Below, piece by piece: positions 12,736-22,559 of a stretch of 27,225 nt of DNA. This DNA is from Octopus sinensis (Eukaryota). Positions within the stretch are counted from its first letter, which is position 1. Each line of letters begins with the position of its first letter. A model generated the notes under the pieces. It was not told the DNA's origin and searched no databases. It saw only the letters and a program-made list of their open reading frames with translations. Made by a program: the position numbers and the translations under genes. Location of the stretch: NCBI RefSeq assembly GCF_006345805.1, contig NW_021834047.1, forward strand, positions 1 through 27,225, written 5' to 3'.

Positions 12736-13031
12736 GTTTACTGTTGTTGGTCATGTTTTAGCCTTTTTTCGTTTTCGTAGAGTGGGGCTCAATGCAGCCA
12801 TTTCATCATCATTTATTTATTATCATTTTATACATTTTTCATTTGTTTTGCTTTAGTTTCCACTGTGGCGTTCTGTCTGTCCTTGTGCTGTCCCCTCTGT
12901 GTTAGGGCCATAGTGCCTAATAAACAATCGGTATCACCTATTTTCGTTTTCGTTGTTGTCTATTTCATTTTAGGTCGAAGTGTGTTATTGTTGTTGTTGT
13001 TATTTAACCTGTTTATTCTTTTCTTTTTTAT

Positions 13032-13412
13032 TTGTTTCAGTCATTTGACTGTGGCCATGCTGGAGCACCGCCTTTAGTCGAACAAATCGACCACAGTAAT
13101 TATTCTTTGGAAGCCTAGTACTTATTCTATTGTTCTCTTTGCCGAACCTTTAAGTTACGGAGACGTAAACACACCAACATTGGTTGTCAAGCGATGGTGG
13201 GGGGACAAACACAGACACACATATATATATACATACATAGCATATATATATATACGATGGGCTTCTTTCAGTTTCCGTCTACCAAATCCACTCACAAAGC
13301 TTTGATCGGCCCGAGGTTATGGTAGAAGATACTTGCCCAAGGTGCCACGCAGTAGGACTGAACCCGAAACCATGTGGTTGGTAAAGGAGCTATTTACCAA
13401 ACGGACACTCCT
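13032..13412 (-). mobile_element. SINE family A, full length
   Basis: Reverse complement of the 10957-11358 family over its whole length. Confidence 0.9.
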
Positions 13413-13726
13413 ATTACTCATTATTCAATATCAAGTCAGCCATGCGTGCTACGGGTGACGTGTAGTCCCATGCAATTTCTTGCATGCTTGTGAGTGACTA
13501 AACTGGCAATCTCATCATGCTAGCCAAGGAAGGAGATTTTTAGAATCCGAGCTGGTGTGGTGAAATCCTTACACCCCTGTGGGATAAAAACTCAACTGTC
13601 CTAAACCATCTTCACTGAAGGTGCATGCGCACTTTCAGTGAAGAAAACGAATGCACAAAAACAGATTCTAGGCTATATGCCTGTAATAAAGATTCGAATG
13701 CAGACAAAATACATTACAAACACAGA

Positions 13727-13865
13727 CAGCAAAATGGAAAAAGATCCCTCCAAAAAGAAAAGTGAATATAACAGCAAGATAGAAAAGATGCCCCCAAAAT
13801 GAAGAGTGAATATAAAAAGCAGGATGGAAAAGATGCCCCCGAAAAGAACAGTGAATATATAACAC
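13727..13865. repeat. Diverged ~45-bp minisatellite, 3 units
   Basis: GTGAATATA anchors at 13762, 13806 and 13851, each preceded by gaaaagat(g/c)cc. Confidence 0.7.
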
Positions 13866-14273
13866 ATGTAACACACAAGGACAAACAGACAAAAATAAAC
13901 GCACAAGAACAGATACAAACGCAGACAAAAGCATTACAAACAAAGACAAAAGAAAGAAATTACCGCCAAAAAGAACTCTGAATATAAAACACGAGCAACA
14001 AACAGCAAGGACAAGGAGACAGAAATAAGGTAAGTGTTTAAAAACTCTTTCTAAAAATGTTCAATGACGTTATCTGGAGTGTGGGGTTCGAATCGCTGTC
14101 GTTCCACCTTTTCATTTATCATTGCCATTCTTTTCCTTTTTCCCCACTTTTGTGTTTTATCTATCCTTGTTTGTCTCCTCTGTATTAGGCCCCGGGTGGC
14201 CAATAAAGAAATACAGTGTGGTGTGTGCAGGCGCTTTTTGAGACAGTCGTAGAAATTGCTGAGAAGAGATATT

Positions 14274-14664
14274 TATTTCTTTGTTGCTCACAGGAGGCTA
14301 AACGTAGAATGGACAAACAAGAACAGACAAAGGGATTAAGTCGATTATATCGACACCAGTGCGCAACTGGTACTTATTTAATCGACCCCAAAAGGATGAA
14401 AGGCAAAATCGACATCGGCGGAATTTGAAGTCAGAACGTAGCGGCAGACAAAATACCTATTTCTTTACTGCCCACAAGGGGCTAAACACAAAAGGGACAA
14501 ACAAGGACAGACAAACGGATGAAGTCGGTTACATCGACCACAGTGCGTAACTGGATGAAAGGCAAAGTCGACCTCGGCGGAATTTGAACTCAGAACGTAG
14601 CGGCAGACGAAATATCGCTACGCATTTCGCCCGGCGTGCTAACGATTCTACCAGCTCGCTGCCC
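14274..14664 (-). mobile_element. SINE family B, dimeric form
   Basis: Two B cores joined by the junction aaatacctatttctttact.cccacaag.ggctaaacaca; intact head at 14600-14664. Confidence 0.88.
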
Positions 14665-15527
14665 TGTTGAGAAAGGATATTGTTTCTTATGTGTTTTTTG
14701 TGTTTTTCTGATTTATATTGGTATTGTTATAACCTTGTTGTCCACTTTATAAAGTGACATATAGAGTGAGGTCAAAGGACATAACAGTGTCGACGAGACA
14801 CAACACGAGCAAAAAAAAAACCAAAAAAAACAATTGTCAAAAGCAGAGATAAACACAACATAGAGCGAACGACTATCAAGCAACAGCGTACGGACTGGTA
14901 TATTGTATAATCACTATCGATCACATGGGAACTATATTAGCAGGGCTCATAAGAAGATTTATTATACAGCGAGAACGGGTTGTATTTAGGGTATATCATG
15001 TGTTATGCTCATCAGAATTATTTTGATGGAAATTTGTGAACACTTTTACAATTGAATATTGCTTTTATGTCACGTTGTAGCTACTCTTCCAGCTACAATT
15101 TCTGTTGATGTGGTAGTTCATATTATAGCGTCGGCGTTTTTCCTGGTTTTTTCGATTATAAATTTAAAACTATACTGAAATAAACATCGAAACACCCTTA
15201 AAACGTTTAGACAGCTGGTTAACATTGTAGAACATCTACCATGTTTTATATTTTATCTATGTTTACTTCTGTTTGCAAGAAAAACATGAAGTATATTTAA
15301 GAATCAGGACATCTGATCCGGGTGACTTTATATTGAGTTTCTGGTGCTGGATGATGTGAAGGGAATGTGCTTGATATCATCTAGAATTCATTCTAATAAA
15401 GTCTTCTATTTTTGTATAAAGATTCATCTCCATACACCTTAATTATATATATTAATATACATAAGTGCGTTCTTGTATGTTTGTGTGGGTGTACGTACGT
15501 ATATACTTACGTATATATATATGTCAT

Positions 15528-15635
15528 TATTCAGATTATTTCCAAAATTCTTGCAAATGGAGAAAGAACCAGTTTCTATCCTAGATCCAAGGCTCTTTCA
15601 CTGGAATTTCAACATCAACAACAAAGGTATTTTTG
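15528..15635. repeat. Short dispersed repeat (family C), copy 1
   Basis: ttcttgc.aat.ga.aaaga.cc.gtttcta.cctagatcca.gg...caacaaca.ggtatttt is shared with 16575-16683. Confidence 0.75.
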
Positions 15636-15814
15636 TTTGAATGTTCAGAGGTTGTACAAAATAATGGAAACACCTAGCATCATGGCAGCATAATTCATGT
15701 ATGTATGTATGCCTGTATGTGCAGATTTGTATGCTTTATGTATGTGTTCTCATACATACAGTTGCATATCTAGACATGCACATATAAATTTTTTGTTATA
15801 TAATTTTTATCATG

Positions 15815-15876
15815 CATGTATGTATGTATGTATGTATGTATGTATGTATGTATGTATGTATGTATGTATGTATGTA

Positions 15877-15900
<24 letters not shown>
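15815..15900. repeat. (TATG)n(TG)n microsatellite
   Basis: Read directly. Confidence 0.9.
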
Positions 15901-15909
<9 letters not shown>

Positions 15910-16187
15910 ATCATGTGTGTGTATGTATGTGTATATATATGCTGTATTTTCCAACTTACAAGTCGAATTTTTCAGGATAAAACTGAAAGCAAAAAAATGT
16001 AGATCGATTTATACAACACGATGACATTGGGAGAGTGAAAAGTTCATGTGGAATGCAGCATCGATTTGAAGCCTAGTGGCCATGGTTAACTCTTTACTCT
16101 ACTTGCTTACACCATATACAACGTCGACTCATATGCTGGAAAATACGAGACGTACGTGTGAGAGAGAGAGAAAGAAAGAGAGGGCAC

Positions 16188-16222
<35 letters not shown>

Positions 16223-16233
16223 AGAGAGGGCAC

Positions 16234-16267
<34 letters not shown>

Positions 16268-16293
16268 ATAAACTTAGACTCAGCGGTGTGTTA

Positions 16294-16511
16294 TATTCTT
16301 TTCTACTCTAGATACCTGGCCCGAAATTTTGGGGAAGGGGGCCAGTCGATTAGATCGACCCCAATACGCAACTGGTGCTTAATTCATCATCCCCGAAATG
16401 ATGAAAGGCAAAGTCGACCTCGGCGAAATTTGAACTTTGAACGTAACGGCAGACGAAATACTGCTAAGCATTTCACCCGGCGTGCTGACGTTTCTGCCAG
16501 CCCGCCGCCTT
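16294..16511 (-). mobile_element. SINE family B, full length
   Basis: Minus strand reads aaggcggcgggctggcagaaacgtcagc..gttcaaagttcaaatttcgccgaggtcgactttgcc..agagtagaaaagaata. Confidence 0.88.
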
Positions 16512-16574
16512 GGTATGCGCGTTATATTAGAACGCAAATGTGTGTCTGTGTGGATATCTATGTTTGTATGTTCT

Positions 16575-16683
16575 TATTAAGTTTTATTTCAAGATTTCTT
16601 GCCAATAGAAAAAGAGCCGGTTTCTAACCTAGATCCAGGGTTCCTTCATTGGAACTTCAGCATCAACAACAGGGTATTTTTGT
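16575..16683. repeat. Short dispersed repeat (family C), copy 2
   Basis: Diverged direct copy of 15528-15635. Confidence 0.75.
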
Positions 16684-16703
16684 ATGTTTGTGTATATATA
16701 TAT

Positions 16704-16735
<32 letters not shown>

Positions 16736-16831
16736 CCGGAGTAAACACATAAATGTGAAACAAGGTGGAAAAAACAGTACTCAAATACCAGTGGTAGAGT
16801 AATATGCTTTATTTTAAGCAGCAGAAAATTC

Positions 16832-16885
16832 AACAAAATCTGTTACTCTGAGTTTCTCGTTGCCGTTCATCAGACAGTTTTTGTT
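16832..16885 (-). ncRNA. Minimal type-I hammerhead ribozyme motif
   Basis: Minus strand reads AACAAAAACUGU-CUGAUGA-ACG GCAA CGA-GAAA-CUC A GA-GUA/ACAGAUUUUGUU. Stem I has 11 of 12 pairs, the core CUGAUGA and GAAA are intact, the cleavage triplet is GUA, and stem III is short and quasi-palindromic. Stem II has an A.A mismatch at its base. Confidence 0.82.
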
Positions 16886-17160
16886 AGAATGGAACTTATA
16901 TATTAATTCAATCTATACTCTTACAAACGCTACACCTTTAAAAAGAAATGGACTTGTTTGATTGGCCCTTTAGAAAAAACGGTCAATCTTCGAGCGATAA
17001 ACAAAAAGGTCAAAAATATGTGTATATATATATAAAAAAACCTATAAAAATTATAAAATCCGAGGAAAAAACCGAGGAAAAAACCTATTGCCGTTAATGA
17101 AGACAGTACAAATTAATGCATAGAAATTAAACCTGTTATAAATACTGCAATACATATTTA

Positions 17161-17594
17161 TATGAACCTGAACTTGTAACCTGGATAGAGCGACTACAGA
17201 TTTCTCAATAGTTTGGCGTAGGTGTTCTCTTTTTCATTGATCTTCACCTTTATGTTAAAATCCGCTGGGCAGCTAATTTCCAAAACTGTCTACAGTTTCT
17301 CTTCTCTATCCCAAATCATTATATCAGGTCTATTGTGTTTACATTTTATTGAGGTCTTCACTGGGACATTCCACCAGTATTTCTTTTTAGTATTAGTGGC
17401 TATGGCTTCTACTATATTGTGGCTTCTTATTTCTTTGTCCTCGGAGTTATCCATCCGACGTATTTCATTATATAGTGTCCTAGATAATACCGAGATAACA
17501 TTTTCGGACAGCTGCTTATGATGTGGGTGTTATCTTCAGTGTTAACTCCACAAAGTCTGCAGCGGTTGTCACATTTTACTGCTTTTCCTGCCAT
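17161..17594 (-). pseudogene. Degenerate C-terminus of an RLE-type non-LTR retrotransposon ORF (CCHC knuckle + PD-(D/E)xK endonuclease; R2/R4/NeSL-like group)
   Basis: 17594-17481 translates to MAGKAVKCDNRCRLCGVNTEDNTHIISSCPKMLSRYYL (C-x2-C-x8-H-x4-C). After a frameshift, 17478-17161 gives ...YWWNVPVKTSIKCKHNRPDIMIWDREEKL*TVLEISCPADFNIKVKINEKENTYAKLLRNL*SLYPGYKFRFI (RPD..E..KE.Y). Two in-frame stops; the RH motif usually following the knuckle is missing. Confidence 0.88.
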
Positions 17595-17607
17595 TTTTGT
17601 TGGTGTA

Positions 17608-17820
17608 CAGTAATCACTCGCACATCGCGGTTCACCTACTGTTCCCTCAATACATCGCAGATTTTTCTGGCTAATATATATATAAATTTATATCGCGGAC
17701 TCCTCACGGCCGATAGGTATTTATATTTTTCTATATTTTAATTATTTCTGTGATAAAATAAGCATTTTTACGCCTATAAATTAATAACTTAATAAATAAA
17801 AATACAGTACAGCACTGTAT
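17608..17820 (+). mobile_element. pogo/Tigger-like DNA transposon end fragment
   Basis: TA|CAGTAATCACTCGCACATCGCGGTTCAC resembles Tigger/pogo terminal inverted repeats and truncates the RLE ORF. No partner TIR was found. Confidence 0.5.
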
Positions 17821-17831
17821 AACATATTAAT

Positions 17832-17923
17832 TAGGATCTTTTCCTTTTGATGGACGGAATTTTCTAGTTAACTAAACAATTTGAAACTTCGTATACTGGT
17901 AGAATGTGTCAAAAGAAAACATT
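17832..17923 (+). mobile_element. Family E fragment
   Basis: Homologous to the start of 11619-11837. Confidence 0.55.
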
Positions 17924-18006
17924 ACTGTAAACAAAATTGAAAACAAAACTGTAATTTGTAAGTTTAACGTAGTTTAATTCTTCGAATTTTAACCAATGAA
18001 ATCCCA

Positions 18007-18337
18007 GCAAAGTGTCTTCTGCTATAGCCACGGGCCGACCAATGCCTTGTGAGTGGATTTGGTAGACGGAAACTGAAAGAATCCTGTCGTATATATGTAT
18101 ATATATATATATAATATATATGTGTGTGTGTGTGTGTATATGTTTGTGTGTCTGTGTTTGTCCACCTAGCATTGCTTGACAACCGATGTTGGTGTGTTTA
18201 CGTCCCCGTCACTTAGCGGTTCGGCAAAAGAGACCGATAGAATAAGTCCCGGGGTCGATTTGCTCGACTAAAGGCGGTGCTCCAGTATGGCCGCAGTCAA
18301 ATGACTGAAACAAGTAAAAGAGTAAAGAGTAAAGAGA
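18007..18337 (+). mobile_element. SINE family A, 5'-truncated
   Basis: Matches 10957-11358 from gcaagtgtc onward, with the (AAAGAGT)n tail. Confidence 0.88.
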
Positions 18338-18878
18338 TTCAGTAAGACATTTAACTTTTTTGTTTTCATGTTTATTAATTTTTTCAGTTTTGTATGATTT
18401 GTTATAAAAATATTGTCAGATTCAAAATGATGGTTCACTTCTTCACTTTTTATGTTTATTAATTTTTACATTTGTTTTATTGAGGGTTAAGCACTTTTTT
18501 AATTGAAGGACATAACCAAAAGTCCCGATATTTCTTATAAAACAGGGGGAGATAACCCAACTTTTTAACCAAAAAGTACAAGAGATCTACCGTTGTCGAT
18601 TTAATGAACAACGACCTTAAAGTGCATAATCTTGTGTCATAGAAATTACAATAAATTCACCATTACAATAAATTCACTTCCGTGGTGGCATATGGTGATT
18701 TTCGCTTTTAATTTTACCCATTAATACAGAACACGGAGAGAATTTTTAAAACTGTTTTGAGTACATTAGAGTAATCGATATTTTTGCTATGCCATACACG
18801 TAAATAAAATACAGGCACACACAACTTTCCTTTTCAATAACTGCATCAAATGTATTTGCCTATTATTATTATTATTAT

Positions 18879-18913
<35 letters not shown>

Positions 18914-19351
18914 AGGCGGTGTGCTGGCAGAATTGTTAGCACGTCGAGTAAAATCGTCTGTCTTTACGTTCTGAGTTCAAATTCCGCTGAGGTTGGCTTT
19001 GCCTTTCATCCTTTTTTTTTTTTGGTGGGGTACGATAAATTAAGTACCAGTTGCGTATTAGGGTCGATCTAATCGACTGCCCCTCCCTCCTCCCACACCC
19101 CAAATTTCAAGCCTTGTGCCATGAGTAGAAAAGAATCGTTAGGGCGCTGGACGAAATGCTTAGCGGCATTCCGCCCGTCGCTACGTTCTGAGTTCAAATT
19201 CCGCCGAGGTCGACTTCGCCTTTCATCCATTCGGGGTCGATAAATTAAGAATCAGTTGATTACTGGAATCGATGTATTCGACTTACCTCTTTCCCAAATT
19301 TCAGGCCTTGTGCTTATAGTAGAAAGTATTATTATTATTATTATTATTATT
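18914..19351 (+). mobile_element. Two tandem SINE family B copies with (ATT)n tail
   Basis: Head aggcggtgtgctggcagaattgttagc at 18914; a second, 5'-clipped copy starts at about 19137. Both carry gagttcaaattccg. Confidence 0.88.
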
Positions 19352-19896
19352 GAGTGAGAGAGAGAGCAGTTCATGCCATCAAAGTGACACTGGGGTAAAA
19401 TATACGAAGCCCAGTATACCCATCATGACTACCCGTCTGATAAGGGTACACCAGGCACATGCATCACAACCATATGTGCCTAATATGGTGATCTCATATC
19501 AAGATAAACAGCACATGACCTTGCAGGTGGGGCCCAGTTAGAATTTTCTTCAGGTTGAGTAGCCCATCCCGCTCAAACGGTCCCTGAATAAGGGTTGTTT
19601 AAGGATGTTGAACGAAACACCCATGTTTCCAGAGGTGAATTATTCAAACCCCAAAGAATCCCTCTCAACACATGGCTATGATGCTCCCCCACTACTTCTG
19701 CTCGTGATCAGAGATGCACATATCGTCAACCACTAAGGGACATGCTCAACTGGTTATGGTCAAACAACTGACAAGCAAATCTGTGGTATTGAGCAGAATA
19801 TTTGCTGTAGCCCATCTTTTATACCAAGACAAAACAATGTACATGATAACACTTGCAATCAGTTACGATCAGAAGCCATGAGAGCCAATGTCTGGT
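19352..19896 (-). mobile_element. 545-bp insertion within an (ATT)n microsatellite; probable 3' UTR of a 5'-truncated (TAA)n-targeting non-LTR element
   Basis: Higher-complexity block flanked on both sides by in-register (ATT)n, with no ORF. Strand and class are inferred by analogy with Dong/R4-clade targeting of TAA repeats. Confidence 0.5.
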
Positions 19897-19897
19897 A

Positions 19898-19932
<35 letters not shown>

Positions 19933-20462
19933 TATTATTATTATTACTATCATCATTGGTAGTTGTTGCTTCATACTTTTTACCTTCTGATTTCAACTTC
20001 CGCCGGCATCAGCTTTGCTTTTTATCCCTCCGATGTCGAGGAAATTATAAACATGAACATACTAATGAAGAACTGGAGTTGATGGTAATACTATCCATTT
20101 ATTCTCCTCAACATTGCTGGCATCATGCTTAAGCTAGAAGCCATTGTTTGTAACACGTCATTTTTACATAATTCACTTGACGGACTCCAAACGTGTTTAG
20201 ACGTTTAATCAAAACATAAGGTTTATTAAAGCATGCCACGTGTGGAACTGACAACATAATTACCAAATTAATCCATCGCCATTTTTTATGCTTGTTATGC
20301 TACGATCCTTAAATACAATATCAAATGTTATTCTCTAAAGGTTACATACTACTAACATCCTGTGACCTCTAGTTTCGTCACTTCCTGTTGTTTTTTTACG
20401 ACTCCGTCAATGTTTAAGTTGTGCCAAAATAGTCGAGGTTTTAGTTTTACTTTTTCATTTTA

Positions 20463-20935
20463 CTAGCACTATCGCCCGGCGTTGCTCGGGTTTGTTTCGA
20501 CCCTTTAGAATTGGAATGTTTGAAAAGTAAAAATTTTGCATTATGTGAACATTTTTCTGATTAAAATACACCGAAAAATGGCGACACAGCAAAAAATCGT
20601 AAAAAAATAGAGATTTTCATAGAAAAAAAAGCACCTTTTTGATGTAAATAATTTTTGGTGTTAACATGGTCCGATTTGATTTTTTTTCTTCTACGGAATG
20701 AAGAGCAAGCTTTCTTTTATCATATTCTCAATTTTGGTCAACTTGCACCGCAGGGTCTCGGAGAAGATAGTGTTAGTTTTTTATGTTTGTTATGCTACGA
20801 TCCTTAAATACAATATCAAATGTTATTCTCTAAAGGTTACATACTACTAACATCCTGTGACCTCTGGTTTCGTCACTTCCTGTTGTTTTTTTACCAAACC
20901 TGCTATACACAGACAACTTCAGCTTTATATAGAGA
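20463..20935 (-). mobile_element. Non-autonomous Helitron, complete
   Basis: Minus strand runs A|TCTCTATATAAAGCTGAAGTTG ... AAACCCGAGCAACGCCGGGCGATAGTGCTAG|T, the same 3' hairpin and CTAG as 7464-7847. Confidence 0.88.
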
Positions 20936-21624
20936 TTCGTAATGGTGTAGGATGTTTAGTGGTTGTTGTACTAAGGACGTTGGTTGTAGTTACGATTGCC
21001 GGTGGTTACTCGATTGCAAGCGCTGGTTTCTGTTACAATTGACGTACGATTCGAAATTGCTAAGAATCTAATTTGGGTTTCTAGGACACGAAGCTCCTAA
21101 AACCGAAAATAAAAAAAAAATGGATGAGTAAGACATGAACTTGGCAGATATATAAATATTTCGACAAGATAGAAAAACTGAAACTGGATTCCTTTAATTA
21201 CACCTCTTCTAGGTTCATTGATATTCTGTTTAAATTATTCATGTCGGCATTTCCGTTGCCGGCACGCAACGCTATTTCATTACGGAAAGAGAATATGATA
21301 AGCGAATATAATCAAACAAGTCACGCAACTACTAGAACTGCAACAATACTTACGACAGTCGTATTGTCATCGAAAGAGATCTACATGGTCGTGCGAACTG
21401 CTAGAAATAGAAACGAAATGTTCTTTACATTTTGCACAACACTCCAAGAAAACAACGCATTAAATAATGCGAGCTTAGTTTAAACTGTGTCTGGATGAAA
21501 GCAGGGAAGGTCACAGGTGGAATGGCCGTCAAGATAGTATCTTTATGTAAATAACAGTTGCAACAGCAACAACACCGCATCAGTCAACATCATACCATTT
21601 GACTATCATACTACTACAGTTTCG

Positions 21625-21754
21625 GTACTTTTGGTTACCCTCGTACGAGAGGGGCATGCGCGGGGTAGGTGAGTGCCATCACGAGCCGGCCCTCCCTCAA
21701 AGAGCATAAGCTCTCTCACCACGACAAGGTAGAACCGGAGTAGCCGCCTGCTCA
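21625..21754 (-). mobile_element. RTE-5'UTR-like structured GC-rich segment fused to the 28S fragment
   Basis: Contains CTACCTTGTCGTGGTGAGAGAGCTT and ATGCCCCT..AGGGT, which resemble motifs I recall from RTE/BovB/Expander 5' ends. Local hairpins: ACC-TTGTCGT-GGT and AGAGC-TTAT-GCTCT. Confidence 0.45.
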
Positions 21755-21793
21755 TCACTAATTAGATGACGAGGCATTTGGATACATTAAGAG
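21755..21793 (-). pseudogene. 39-nt 28S rRNA-derived fragment spanning the R2 retrotransposon target site
   Basis: Minus strand CTCTTAATGTATCCAAATGCCTCGTCATCTAATTAGTGA versus conserved 28S CTCTTAAGG^TAGCCAAATGCCTCGTCATCTAATTAGTGA: 37 of 39 identical, compared from memory of the conserved 28S sequence. Confidence 0.85.
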
Positions 21794-21996
21794 CCTCAGC
21801 CACTTATACACTGCATGCCATTCCTAAAATGACCACCACAGTTGTACAGCTAGATCAGATATGAAACTGTAACACCGCCGCTTATTTGGCGTCGCAGATA
21901 CGGCGCTGGATAAATTCGATATTAGACTTTTTCATGTTTCTCTCGTTCTCCACCCCCACCCCCACCCCCACACACTCTCCCTCCTGCCTATGCCCC

Positions 21997-22029
<33 letters not shown>

Positions 22030-22559
22030 TCCTGTCTTTCTGTCTCTTTCCCTCTCTCAGTATATTTCTCTTTCTGTGTATGAGGACAGGGAAGGTGTTA
22101 GTCATATTCAGTCAATAAACTGTCAAATCCCTCTCTCTCTCTTTCTCTTTCTCTCACTCTAGCTGTATCCGCTTATTTCTGCGTGCATGCGTGTGAATAT
22201 ATGTGTGTATGCATATGTGTGCGTGTATGTGTGTATGTGTGTGTGCACATGCGCGCGTGTGTGTGTGTGTGTGTGTGTTTGCCTCCAGCGCTAAGACATA
22301 CAATCGCGAAAACAGGTTCAATGCTCAATCAACCGTACCAGATCATCGGCGTCCAAACAGCTGCGCCCGATCGTCTCAATCCGGGTTTTATAGATTTCAT
22401 ATTTACAATTGTAATCAGAAGGAGGGAAATATCAAGATCGCGGTTATCTTCACGGTAGGAGGACAAGTTAAGCAGCAAAAGTTGGCCATGAGCTTGGCTC
22501 AATAAAGGTGTGATATCATAATGGATATTAATATCTAACGTGAGAGTATCTGCGTTTGT

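Noticed and set aside
18481-18490. AGGG|TTAA piggyBac-like end
   Set aside because: Only 8 nt, with no matching TTAA|CCCT partner nearby.
21640-21750. Active HDV-like ribozyme
   Set aside because: ACC-UUGUCGU-GGU resembles P3/L3 and a P2-like helix exists, but P1 is mismatched and I find no P1.1 GG or catalytic C in J4/2.
21755-21793. Functional rRNA gene
   Set aside because: Only 39 nt match; the flanks are not rDNA.
22183-22505. Possible exon in CpG-richer unique sequence (minus frame includes KTRIETIGRSCL, faintly cyclase-like)
   Set aside because: No convincing domain match or paired splice sites; the resemblance is too weak without a database search.
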